Translations under genes and position numbers: made by a program | Notes under the pieces: model-generated | The model's input: only the letters and a program-made list of their open reading frames with translations | What the model was told of the DNA's origin: nothing | Database searches by the model: none | Shown: positions 17,225 to 25,930 of the stretch, piece after piece | How the letters are laid out: each line of letters starts with the position of its first letter | Position numbering within the stretch: the first letter of the stretch is position 1 | IMG/VR virus record: IMGVR_UViG_2706794599_000005 | Origin: an uncultured virus (IMG/VR IMGVR_UViG_2706794599_000005) | Lineage: Duplodnaviria; Heunggongvirae; Uroviricota; Caudoviricetes | Direction: 5' to 3' (one strand) | DNA length: 64,000 bases

Positions 17225-17322
17225 TGCGTGTGCTCCGTGGTTCACCTGCATTCGGCAGCACCCAGGCACACGGCAGTCGTGCCCGGTGGGGCGCCGTGGT
17301 GGGTGCTCTCGAATGGAGGTTG

Positions 17323-17346
17323 AAAAAAGCCCGGCCGGAGCCGGGC
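17323..17346 (-). terminator. Intrinsic terminator in the pL operon
   Basis: GCCCGGC-TCCG-GCCGGGC-TTTTTT on the minus strand. Confidence 0.75.
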
Positions 17347-17367
17347 AAGGGGGGGAACGCTGCATGC

Positions 17368-17573
17368 GCAGCGGGGAGTGATCTGGCCGGTCGCGACTCC
17401 GGCTCTGGCATCAGTGCGCTTCTCGGGTGTTTGCCGCTGCTGCGGTGACTGTGCTGATGCCCGGAACTTCATCGGCCATGGCCGCCCACGTGCGCGCTTG
17501 TTCCCGCGCTTCCCGCGTGCCTCCAGGGGGCTTTCGGCTCCCAGCTTCCACGCCTCAAATCACTCCCCGCTAC
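17368..17573 (-). ncRNA. Putative structured RNA element (~205 nt) downstream of phage csrA
   Basis: 18-bp closing helix (two G-U pairs on the minus strand) with internal hairpins; no convincing ORF. Confidence 0.5.
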
Positions 17574-17797
17574 GCCCTGGCCGTGCCAGGAGCAGGAAAG
17601 AGAAGGGCGCCGCCAAGCGCCCTGTCTCCACTTACATGCACCGCCCTATGTGAAAGCGGTTGGGTACAGGCTCGACCGCATGTTGGCGATCTGCCGTTGG
17701 GGCTGGGCTACATGTCGAGATCCTCCGTTGTGCGCGCCGTTGGACCGGCGGGCGCTCGCCGTGGGTTAAACGCCCGGCAATGGGCCAGGCGCCGAAG

Positions 17798-18169
17798 TCA
17801 GGAGATCGCGGTGCAGGCCCGCAACGCCACCGGCGCCGACTGGCCTTCGATCCAGATAACCGCCGCCCCGCCAAGCGACACGCTGGCTCGGCCGACGGTG
17901 CGGGTGCGCTGCGGTTCGGCCCCTCGGTACGGGCGGTACTCGATCAGCGCTGGCGCTGGGTGCTCTCGGTTCCAGGCCTCGACCAGTTCCGCCGGCGGCA
18001 CCGGTCGGACGTTGCCGATCTGCTGGTAGATCTCGGAGCGGTGGATGGCGACGTCGTCCGGGGCGGTGATGCCGAGGCGCACCTGGTCGCCTTGGCTGCC
18101 GAGGACCGTGACGGTGATGTTGTCGCCGATATGCAGGGTTTCGCCGGGGCGGCGGGTCAAGATCAGCAT
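17798..18169 (-). CDS. csrA: CsrA/RsmA-family RNA-binding protein with ~65 aa C-terminal extension
   Basis: [48 protein letters not shown] is the CsrA fold signature. Confidence 0.9.
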   Translation of the reverse strand: MLILTRRPGETLHIGDNITVTVLGSQGDQVRLGITAPDDVAIHRSEIYQQIGNVRPVPPAELVEAWNREHPAPALIEYRPYRGAEPQRTRTVGRASVSLGGAAVIWIEGQSAPVALRACTAIS

Positions 18170-18217
18170 GGTGTGACTCCGTTCGGGTGGTAGTTGGCGT
18201 TTCTGCCGCCTGGAGCG

Positions 18218-18481
18218 TCAGCCCAGGCGATCCGGGACGACTTTCATTGCCTCGGTGACCAGGTCGTGAACCCCTTCGGAGTCCACCGTGGCGAACCCCT
18301 TTTCGGCGTAGTCCCACTGCTCGTCTTCATCGCCGGGGAAGTTGCTGCACGCCACTGAACAGACGCCAAGCCCGTCGGGCTTGAAGTAGAGGCGCACCTC
18401 CGGGCCGTCATCCCCGCGATCAAGCATCACGAGCACCTGGCCCAGGTCTTCGAACTCGAAAAGCTTCGCGAACTGCTTCAT
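18218..18481 (-). CDS. Hypothetical acidic phage protein (first pL gene)
   Basis: MKQFAKLFEFEDLGQV, AGAGGA RBS. Confidence 0.7.
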   Translation of the reverse strand: MKQFAKLFEFEDLGQVLVMLDRGDDGPEVRLYFKPDGLGVCSVACSNFPGDEDEQWDYAEKGFATVDSEGVHDLVTEAMKVVPDRLG

Positions 18482-18827
18482 TGGAATTCCTCTGGTTGGT
18501 TTCCCTGATGCCCCTCGGGGGAAGGGCATCGAGGAAATCGGTGTTGCTCCCGCGTTCGCCTACTGGGCTTCTACAACCCGCGGGTGGTGCTCATTGCTGT
18601 CATTCCCCTGACTGCGGCGCCGATTGCCGCACGGCACAGCCAGGTTCCTGCCCATTACCGCCGGGGTGGCGGGGCGCATTGCTTTCCGGGTCATTCGCTC
18701 GGTTCGGTCTGGTCCTCGTCCGCCGCAGGTTCTTCCTGCGTTGCCCAGGCCCGCATTGCCTGAGCGCGGATCGCCGGTCGCCGGTAGAGGCAATGCGATC
18801 TGTTGTTGATGTGTTGTGCTGTCGGGT

Positions 18828-18839
18828 TGTTAAAGAGCG
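18828..18839 (-). promoter_or_regulatory. boxA antitermination element
   Basis: CGCTCTTTAACA on the minus strand ~40 nt after pL. Confidence 0.75.
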
Positions 18840-18882
18840 CGGCTCGGTGGCCTGGCCGGCGGTGTGTTGCTGGCGTGATCAA

Positions 18883-18926
18883 ATAATCACGTAACGTGAT
18901 TGATCTGTCAAACACGAAATGTGATT
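18883..18926 (-). promoter_or_regulatory. pL promoter with two 17-bp operators (OL)
   Basis: TTGACA-17-GATTAT on the minus strand; AATCACGTAACGTGATT (18885-18901) and AAACACGAAATGTGATT (18910-18926). Confidence 0.8.
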
Positions 18927-18944
18927 AATTTTTCGCAGCGCAAG

Positions 18945-18966
18945 AAAAAGCCCGCTCAAGGCGGGC
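18945..18966 (-). terminator. Terminator of the cI operon
   Basis: GCCCGC-CTTGA-GCGGGC-TTTTT on the minus strand. Confidence 0.75.
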
Positions 18967-18985
18967 ACGGTTTAAATCGAGAGGG

Positions 18986-19585
18986 CTATCGGTTGAGTTT
19001 TCGGAGCAGCGCGTCCGGCCCACCATGGTGTTCGATGAACTGGCCGAATGCATGGCCGCCGGCGCCGTAGAAGTTCGCGGAGCGATGCACCAAATTCGCT
19101 TTATCGGTATCGCTCAACGGGCACGCCATAATGCGGCGGCAGAGCAGGAGGAAACGCAGATAGTCACCGCCGTCGGCGTCGATGGGGCCGATGTCCGAGG
19201 CCATCTGGCCGGCCGTATCGGGACGAGTCTTCGCCACCCAGGTTCCCTGCCACGGCTCCTCGGCGATCTGTGGGAGCAGGGGGCGCTCTCTGCGCTCGAT
19301 CCGTCCATGTTGCTGTAGCGCGTGCAGTGGTGTCCGTAGTTGTACTGTCGCTGAGAACCGGTAACCGTAGATCACCTCGTCGGTGCCCAGAACTCCCCTG
19401 GCACGCTGGCGCGCGGCGAGTGCAATGAATGGCGACCAGGAATCGATGACGGCTCGTTTGGGGTGGGTCTGATCTAGAGCGACGAGCAATAGGTGATCGG
19501 GAAGGATGTCCGGAGGAATTGACGCCTCTGGCGCGTCAATAACTTCGACTGCCAGCAGCAGGGCGAGAACGGAGTGGTCCTCCAT
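18986..19585 (-). CDS. Hypothetical protein co-transcribed with cI (rex-like position)
   Basis: 199 aa, GGGAG RBS, starts 23 bp after the cI stop, followed by a terminator. Confidence 0.75.
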   Translation of the reverse strand: MEDHSVLALLLAVEVIDAPEASIPPDILPDHLLLVALDQTHPKRAVIDSWSPFIALAARQRARGVLGTDEVIYGYRFSATVQLRTPLHALQQHGRIERRERPLLPQIAEEPWQGTWVAKTRPDTAGQMASDIGPIDADGGDYLRFLLLCRRIMACPLSDTDKANLVHRSANFYGAGGHAFGQFIEHHGGPDALLRKLNR

Positions 19586-19608
19586 TTGGAAGCTCCCATT
19601 CGCCGGCT

Positions 19609-20295
19609 TCAGAACACTGAGCGCGGCGGTCTGGAATCGATGACCCTTCCAATGATCTCGACGTTGTCGTCAACCTTCAGCGTTTCGAAGGTGGGATTTA
19701 GGGGCTGGAGATAGGAGCTTCCTGCGTCGCGGACGTACTGCTTGAACGTCGTTTCCCAGCGACCGTCCTCGCCGCGCAAGCGGGCAACATAGAACTTCCC
19801 ACTGATCACGTCGAAGCCTTCAGGCTGGACCAGAATGCGATGCCCTGGCGGGAACGACACCGGAGCAAGGCCGGTTGGGTCGAACATCGATCGGCCTTTG
19901 ACCTCAAGCCAATACCCATTGGTCCCTGCGTTCTCCTCGGACGACAGCCATTCCTCGGCGTCGCCAGGTAAGAAATTGTCGCACGACTCCATCCATCCTC
20001 CAGCTGCAACCCAACTGATGAGCGGGTAGGCCTGCGGTCCCCGCGACGGCTGGAGCGCAGGTTCCACGTTCTGAAGGCTTCCAGAACTGGTCGAATCCGA
20101 TCCAATCAGTTCAGCGACTGTTACGTCAAGCACCTTAGCTATGAGCTCCAGGTCGTCCAAGGACGGTTCCCGCGTGTCCTTCTCGTAGTTGCCGATCCGG
20201 GATTGCGAAGCCCAGCCGCAAGCCTTCGCAAGCTTCGCCTGCGAAATGCCTTTGAGTGAGCGGTAGTGCGCTATGCGTGAGCCAAGTGTGTTCAT
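19609..20295 (-). CDS. cI: CI repressor (XRE HTH plus S24 autopeptidase)
   Basis: N-terminal HTH, VAAG cleavage site, VKGRSM and TFKQY catalytic motifs. Confidence 0.92.
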   Translation of the reverse strand: MNTLGSRIAHYRSLKGISQAKLAKACGWASQSRIGNYEKDTREPSLDDLELIAKVLDVTVAELIGSDSTSSGSLQNVEPALQPSRGPQAYPLISWVAAGGWMESCDNFLPGDAEEWLSSEENAGTNGYWLEVKGRSMFDPTGLAPVSFPPGHRILVQPEGFDVISGKFYVARLRGEDGRWETTFKQYVRDAGSSYLQPLNPTFETLKVDDNVEIIGRVIDSRPPRSVF

Positions 20296-20302
20296 GCCGT
20301 CG

Positions 20303-20374
20303 ATTCTAATCACGGCCTGCAATAAATCCCTTTCACTAATTGTGTTTGCTATCATCACAATGCGTGTTTATCCT
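20303..20374. promoter_or_regulatory. OR operators with divergent pRM and pR
   Basis: TTTCACTAATTGTGTTT (20331-47), CATCACAATGCGTGTTT (20353-69), weaker site 20308-24; pR TTGCTA-17-TATCCT; pRM -10 TAGAAT. Confidence 0.75.
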
Positions 20375-20402
20375 GTTGGCGTGACTCGACAGGAGCCAGT
20401 CA

Positions 20403-20633
20403 ATGAATCGAATCCGTGAACTCCGCGAGGGCGCGAACGTAAAGCAGGCCGATCTCTATCGCCAGTTGAAGTGGAAACAATCCCGCTTGGCGAACTATGA
20501 GCGCGGTGCGCGCACCCCTGGGCTAGATGAGGCAAGGCGCATTGTCCATGCACTGAACGCCTTGGGTGTTGCGTGCTCGATGGCGGATGTTTTCCCAGAG
20601 CCTGAAACCGGCGCCGAGCGCCTGGCCAGTTGA
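20403..20633 (+). CDS. cro: Cro-like HTH regulator
   Basis: 76 aa XRE HTH divergent from cI. Confidence 0.85.
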   Translation: MNRIRELREGANVKQADLYRQLKWKQSRLANYERGARTPGLDEARRIVHALNALGVACSMADVFPEPETGAERLAS

Positions 20634-20673
20634 TCGGCCCTGAGCCGAACCATCGTCGCCCAGGAGGGCCACC

Positions 20674-21270
20674 ATGCATACGTCGAATCCTCGACACGAA
20701 ACCCGCGATGCCGTGCTGATCGCCATCGCCGAGGACATGATCGCCCGGACCAGCATGTCGCAGGACGGGTTCGCCGAACGCTTGAACATCGAACTGAACC
20801 TGCGGGCGCCGGAACGCTGCCGGGCCAAGGATTACCCGGACCTGAAGGCCCTGGAAGGGGCGGCCACCAGTCACGTCGACTACGCCCGGATCTACAAGAA
20901 CTGGAGCAAGAGGGTGGAACGCTGGCTCGACGGCGACGTCGAGATCCCAGCCTGGATTGAAGAGTCCTGGGTACAGGCACTGGAGCAACCCTGGCGCGAG
21001 CGCGCGCTGTTGGAGTTGTCCGGTCGGTACGGCCTGCTCCCGGTGCGTCCGGTCGTGGCAGAGGGCATGGATGCCATGAAGGTGTTCGGCGCACTGATGC
21101 GTCGCCTCGGTGATGTCGCCGGCGTCGGCACCAGGGTCTTCGACGACATGGTCCTCGATGCACGGGATGGCCAGTTCCTTCCAGACCTGATCAACGCCCT
21201 GGACTCCACTGCGGCGAAGTGCACGACGCTGAGCCGGATGGCCAAGTCGGTTCTGGCGGGCGAAGGGTGA
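20674..21270 (+). CDS. CII-position regulator (hypothetical)
   Basis: 198 aa between cro and the replication genes. Confidence 0.6.
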   Translation: MHTSNPRHETRDAVLIAIAEDMIARTSMSQDGFAERLNIELNLRAPERCRAKDYPDLKALEGAATSHVDYARIYKNWSKRVERWLDGDVEIPAWIEESWVQALEQPWRERALLELSGRYGLLPVRPVVAEGMDAMKVFGALMRRLGDVAGVGTRVFDDMVLDARDGQFLPDLINALDSTAAKCTTLSRMAKSVLAGEG

Positions 21271-21273
21271 TCC

Positions 21274-22158
21274 GTGCCGTCCTTCCAGATCAACGACGAG
21301 GAGCGGGAGGCGCTCCGCGGCCTACCCATGCTTGCCCGCGAGATCTACGTGTTCGCCCTGCGCCCGTTCATGGACTTCGCAACAGGCGTTGTCGGAGAGC
21401 GGCGCGGGATCTCTTGGAAGTCGATTGCCGAGGAGCTCTACGTCGAGCCGCACCAGGGCATCAAGGGCGGGGAGCCCTCCGAAAAGGAACTGCGGCGGGC
21501 GCTGGTCTGGCTGCAGAAGGTGGGCCTGGTGGGCCCCAACTTGGCCGAAAGGCGCCTGATTTTTGAGTTGCCGAAGGCTTCACGGGATCAATCCGTCCGA
21601 AAAAAAGTGGGCACTAAGTGGGCAGATGAAGCGGGCAGTTATGTGGAAGGGTCAGAGCCCAGTAACTACGCGGCTTTCCCGGAAAAAGAGGGCAGATATG
21701 TGGGAGGGGGTGAAAGTGAAAAAGTGGGCACACCTCCGGTATCCGGTAATAACCGTACCGTACCTAACGCGTGCGTGCGCGAATGCCCAGCCGATCCGGC
21801 CACTGCGGGACAGTGGTGCCAGTTCTTCATCCGCGAGCGCGGATTCCAGATCCACGCGGTGCAGACCGCCAGGACCATGCCGCTGTTCGCCTCTTGGGTC
21901 GAGCGCGGTGTCACCGCGGAGCAGATGCTCGCGGCAATGGAGATCGCCGAAGCCAAGCTCGGTGCCCCGCCTGACTCCCCCCTGTACTACCGAAATTTTC
22001 TCGATGAACTCTTGCTGGAGCGCCACCGGATGGCAACAGCACCGCATGCGGAGCACCGCCATGAGCAAACCGACGGACGAAACGCCCAAGCACGTCAGCG
22101 ACCCGCTGCACGACGTTCGCGCAACGCTGTTGACATCCTCCACGACGACGACTGGTGA
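21274..22158 (+). CDS. Replication initiator (O-like)
   Basis: N-terminal wHTH-like region, internal iterons, synteny. Confidence 0.7.
   Translation: MPSFQINDEEREALRGLPMLAREIYVFALRPFMDFATGVVGERRGISWKSIAEELYVEPHQGIKGGEPSEKELRRALVWLQKVGLVGPNLAERRLIFELPKASRDQSVRKKVGTKWADEAGSYVEGSEPSNYAAFPEKEGRYVGGGESEKVGTPPVSGNNRTVPNACVRECPADPATAGQWCQFFIRERGFQIHAVQTARTMPLFASWVERGVTAEQMLAAMEIAEAKLGAPPDSPLYYRNFLDELLLERHRMATAPHAEHRHEQTDGRNAQARQRPAARRSRNAVDILHDDDW
21605..21731 (+). repeat. Five AAGNGGGCAS iterons, putative replication origin
   Basis: Copies at 21605, 21616, 21629, 21686 and 21722 inside the initiator gene. Confidence 0.7.
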
Positions 22159-22816
22159 GCCGCAGATCGAGAATCTGGTCGAACTTGACGCCCAGGCGCG
22201 CAGGGCGGTGAAACGCGTGTTCGCTACCCTCAAAACCAGCTATCCGGCTTGGTACGAGAAGCACTACGGGGAACGTCGTGCGGAGACGCTTGCCAAGCGA
22301 GTCTGGCTGACCGGTATCAAGCACCTGAGCGACATGCAGGTCGACCGAGGCCTCCAGCGGATGGTGCTGGATCAGGACTTTCCTCCGAGCCTCAAGGAGT
22401 TCCTGCGGCTGTGCCGCAAGATCGACGGTTTGCCGAGCGCCGAGGGCGCCTGGTACGAAGCCTTGGAGCAGCGCTACAGCCACAAGGTCGTGAAGGTGGC
22501 TGCCGAACTCACAGGCCTGTTCGAGCTTCGTCGGGCCCAGTACGGCGACAAGCGACTTCGCGCTGAGTTCGAGCATAACTATGCCGTAGTGGTCCGACGC
22601 CTCGAGGCTGGTGAGCCGCTGGACGGAAAGGTCGCCAAGGCGATTGGCCTCGACAGCCAGAAGTCGGAGCTGCAGCGCGCCGATGAGCTTGCCGAGCAGC
22701 AACTGCTCCACCGGATGCAAGCCCAAGGCCTGGATGGGCTCAGTGGCGCCCAGGCGCGGGAACTGCTGCTGGCCAAGATGCGCCGGAAAGCGCCGGAGGT
22801 GCGCCGTGATGCATGA
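22061..22816 (+). CDS. Replication protein P-like (start uncertain)
   Basis: AKRVWL..QVDRGL..FPPSLKEF..GLPS motifs typical of lambda P-like proteins. Confidence 0.7.
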   Translation: MSKPTDETPKHVSDPLHDVRATLLTSSTTTTGEPQIENLVELDAQARRAVKRVFATLKTSYPAWYEKHYGERRAETLAKRVWLTGIKHLSDMQVDRGLQRMVLDQDFPPSLKEFLRLCRKIDGLPSAEGAWYEALEQRYSHKVVKVAAELTGLFELRRAQYGDKRLRAEFEHNYAVVVRRLEAGEPLDGKVAKAIGLDSQKSELQRADELAEQQLLHRMQAQGLDGLSGAQARELLLAKMRRKAPEVRRDA

Positions 22817-23234
22817 CAAGTACAAGCTGGCGATCATTCGTCACGAGAATGCCAAGCAAGTCGTGCAGGGACTGTCCCGAGACATCGGCGCTGCGATCAA
22901 CAGTTGTCCGATCTCGATTCGAGCGCAGTCCTGGGACACGCCGAACAGCGAGCGCGGTGAACTCTGGGATGAGGCATCGGGCAAGCACAAGACCCACCTA
23001 TGGCATGCCTTCAAGCATCGGGAGCCTTCGGACTGCGGATATGGAACGGTTGGTCTCGGTGACGATGGCATAGACGACGCCCTTGCACCCGGCGGCGAAT
23101 TCGAATGCGAGCACTGCCGCCGCGCCTACCAGTTGATCAGAGACCGCCGTTGCGCGAAGCAGGAACTCGGACGCGCTCGTCTTTCGATTCGGGCGCTGGG
23201 GCGCGCTGCGCTTGAGGAATCGACCCATGACTGA
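22809..23234 (+). CDS. Hypothetical protein (nin region)
   Basis: 141 aa with CEHC; overlapping start/stop. Confidence 0.6.
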   Translation: MHDKYKLAIIRHENAKQVVQGLSRDIGAAINSCPISIRAQSWDTPNSERGELWDEASGKHKTHLWHAFKHREPSDCGYGTVGLGDDGIDDALAPGGEFECEHCRRAYQLIRDRRCAKQELGRARLSIRALGRAALEESTHD

Positions 23235-23676
23235 TCTCCGCCCGGTGATGTTCACGGTCCCCGGCGAGCCGGTGGGGAAGGGGAGGCCGCGCATCGGCCG
23301 CGTCGGCGCCCACGCCAGGATGTTCACGCCGGCGAAGACGGCGGCCTACGAAGGCCTGGTAGCCATGGCTGCCCAGGAAGCGCTCGCAGGACGCCCCCTG
23401 ATCGCCGGCCCCGTGCTCATCGAACTGCGGATGTTCCACCCCATTCCGCGGTCCTGGTCGAAGAAGCGCCAGGCCATGGCGCTGATCGGCGAGGTCATGC
23501 CCACCGTGAAATGCGATGCCGACAACTGCCTGAAGGCGGTGTGTGACGCGCTCAACGGCGTTGCGTGGAAGGACGACACCCAGGTCGTCAATGTGATGCT
23601 CGCGAAGCGGTACGCCGAGGTGCCGCGCGTCGAGGTGAAGATTGTTCCGCTGATGGCCCAGGGAGCGCAGCGGTGA
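23227..23676 (+). CDS. rusA: RusA-family Holliday junction resolvase
   Basis: GEPVGKGRPR..KCDADN..DALNGVAWKDDTQV. Confidence 0.9.
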   Translation: MTDLRPVMFTVPGEPVGKGRPRIGRVGAHARMFTPAKTAAYEGLVAMAAQEALAGRPLIAGPVLIELRMFHPIPRSWSKKRQAMALIGEVMPTVKCDADNCLKAVCDALNGVAWKDDTQVVNVMLAKRYAEVPRVEVKIVPLMAQGAQR

Positions 23677-23704
23677 CTACAGGAAACTACAGGGGAGAGT
23701 CGAA

Positions 23705-24598
23705 ATGAGACTGATCAGCGCGCGCCAGGCTTGGCATGACGCCTTCTACGAGAGTCGGAGCTCAGTGCTGGCGGTGGCGGCCGACAAGGCCGCGCTGGGC
23801 AAGAAGGGCCGGGTGGCCAACGAGACGCACCCCGACCGCAAGGACACCAATGGGCGTAGCGCCCACATGCTGGCCGCCGGCCTGGTGCAGGCTGCCATCC
23901 GCTCGCTGCCGAAGCCGCTGCAGCACTTCGGCCACACGCTGTACTCGCCGCTGGCCACCGGTGACGACGTGGCGATCGCTCACGGCCTGGTCTGGATCGG
24001 CGCCGGCCTCGGCCAACTGACCCAGCGCCAGGGCGAGCGGGCGTACTGGATGGCGCTGGCGGCGATCAACTCGCACAAGCGGGCGGTGAATGGCCGGGAC
24101 ACGCTGGGCCCCGGCGAGGTCTGCCTGTTCATCGAGGAGCGCCTGGGCTGCCGGATCGACCCCGGCAACTGGGCGCGGGACTACGCCAGTACCTGGGAGC
24201 GCCTGGCGCGCCATATCGACAAGCTGGACGCGCAGGCGCTCAGGCCGGTGGCCGAGGTGGTGGCGAAGCAGAGCGGCCTGCGGAAAGGGCCGGGCTGGCG
24301 CTGGCATCAGGTTGACCGCGATACGGTGGCGGTGCAGCGCGCCGAGGCCTACGCCGAGCGCCGGGACCATCACCAGCAGCGCTTGGCCGAACGCCTGCGC
24401 GGGATGTCGGACCAGCAGTTGGCGCGGTGGGCGGCGAGGATGAAGCGGTACGGGGAGGCATACCGTGCGGAATGGGGTGACGACGTGCTGGAGCAGCCCC
24501 ATGTTCATGCGCGCTACCACGACCGGGTAGCGGCTTACTGGGAGCAGTTGCAACGCCTCGGGAGGGTGAAGAAAAAGGTCAAGAAAGCAGCAGCTTGA
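23705..24598 (+). CDS. Putative late antiterminator (Q position)
   Basis: Last early gene, followed by a pR'-like promoter and terminator; call rests on synteny only. Confidence 0.55.
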   Translation: MRLISARQAWHDAFYESRSSVLAVAADKAALGKKGRVANETHPDRKDTNGRSAHMLAAGLVQAAIRSLPKPLQHFGHTLYSPLATGDDVAIAHGLVWIGAGLGQLTQRQGERAYWMALAAINSHKRAVNGRDTLGPGEVCLFIEERLGCRIDPGNWARDYASTWERLARHIDKLDAQALRPVAEVVAKQSGLRKGPGWRWHQVDRDTVAVQRAEAYAERRDHHQQRLAERLRGMSDQQLARWAARMKRYGEAYRAEWGDDVLEQPHVHARYHDRVAAYWEQLQRLGRVKKKVKKAAA

Positions 24599-24695
24599 CG
24601 TTTTGAGGAGCATTTGGGTATCGTTTTGCCATTGTGCGCAGTTGCACCCGATCAACAGATTCCCCCGAAAACCCGGCCCTGGCGCCGGGTTTTTT
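24595..24695 (+). promoter_or_regulatory. Late promoter pR' and terminator tR'
   Basis: TTGACG-18-TATCGT, then ACCCGGC-N6-GCCGGGT-TTTTT at 24671-24695. Confidence 0.65.
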
Positions 24696-24712
24696 CGTTT
24701 CTGGAGCACCCC

Positions 24713-25102
24713 ATGGCTGAACCGACGAGCAGCGGAGCAGTAGCAGCAGCCGGCGCCGTCGGGCTCACTGCCACCGCGATCATCCCCGGAGTCGATGTCA
24801 ATGCGGTGATCGGCGGCTTCGCCGGCGCGCTGCTGTTTGTGCTCTGGGCTCACGACCTGACCATGGCCAGGCGCCTCGGCTACCTGCTGGCGTCCTGGGT
24901 CGGCGGCTACTACGCCGCCACCGAGGCTGTCGGGCGGGGCGCGACCCAGTTCTCTGGGCTGCCTGCCCTGGTCACCGCCGCTCTGATCGTCACGATCCTG
25001 ATCGGCGTGCTGGACTGGATGATCGGTGGCCGCGCGCCGGCATGGCTCCAGATCGTTCTGCAGCGCATCGTCGGCATGATCGGAGGCCGGAAAGATGGTT
25101 GA
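24713..25102 (+). CDS. Putative holin
   Basis: Multi-TM protein, first late gene, GGAG RBS. Confidence 0.75.
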   Translation: MAEPTSSGAVAAAGAVGLTATAIIPGVDVNAVIGGFAGALLFVLWAHDLTMARRLGYLLASWVGGYYAATEAVGRGATQFSGLPALVTAALIVTILIGVLDWMIGGRAPAWLQIVLQRIVGMIGGRKDG

Positions 25103-25379
25103 CCTGGTGACCCTGGCGGCTGCGGCCGTCTGCGGCGCTATCAGTTGCCGCATCTTCACGTACCAGCGCCACGGTGCCACGTACCGGTTCGGCGTCTCGC
25201 TCTGCGCGTACATCCTCGCCGCTGGGACCGGCATGCAGGCGCTGTCGATAAGCCTGGCCGTGCTGATGGCGCGCCACGCGACGCCGATATCGCCCTACCT
25301 GCTGGCGGTCCTGGTTGTGCTGCTGGTGCTGGTCTACCGCAACAAGGGCAACATCGCGCCCATCCTGAGGCTCAGTTGA
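25095..25379 (+). CDS. Phage holin-family membrane protein
   Basis: 94 aa, three TM segments, C-terminal KGNIA. Confidence 0.75.
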   Translation: MVDLVTLAAAAVCGAISCRIFTYQRHGATYRFGVSLCAYILAAGTGMQALSISLAVLMARHATPISPYLLAVLVVLLVLVYRNKGNIAPILRLS

Positions 25380-25387
25380 GGTGATCC

Positions 25388-25930
25388 ATGGCGCTAACAG
25401 CAAAGCAGCGCCGCTTCGTCGCCGAGTACCTGCTCGACCTCAATGCGACCCAGGCGGCAATCAGGGCCGGGTACAGCAAGAATCGCGCGTCCGAGATCGG
25501 TTACCAACTGCTGCAGAAGCCGGACATCACATCCGCCATCCAGGAGGCTATGAAGCAGCGCTCCGAGCGCACCAGGTCCGACGCCGACTACGTCGTCCGG
25601 CGCCTGGAGGAGATCGACCAGATGGACCTCCTGGACATTGTCAATGATGACCTGACCCTGCGCCCGCTGAGCCAGTGGCCCAAGGCCTGGCGCCAGTACC
25701 TCAGCGGCTTCGACCTGGCCGAGATGTTCGAGGGCAAGGGCGACTCCCGCGCGGCGGTCGGAATCCTCAAGAAGATCAAATGGCCGGACAAGGTGAAGAA
25801 CCTGGAACTGCTCGGCCGGCACCACGGCGTGTTCACCGACAAGTTCGAGCACTCGGGCCCCGGCGGCGGGCCCATTCCCACCATGCCGACCATGATCGAA
25901 CTGGTGGCACCTGGTGAAAGCACGGATTGA
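25388..25930 (+). CDS. terS: Terminase small subunit
   Basis: LTAKQRRFVAEYLLDLNATQAAIRAGYS. Confidence 0.92.
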   Translation: MALTAKQRRFVAEYLLDLNATQAAIRAGYSKNRASEIGYQLLQKPDITSAIQEAMKQRSERTRSDADYVVRRLEEIDQMDLLDIVNDDLTLRPLSQWPKAWRQYLSGFDLAEMFEGKGDSRAAVGILKKIKWPDKVKNLELLGRHHGVFTDKFEHSGPGGGPIPTMPTMIELVAPGESTD

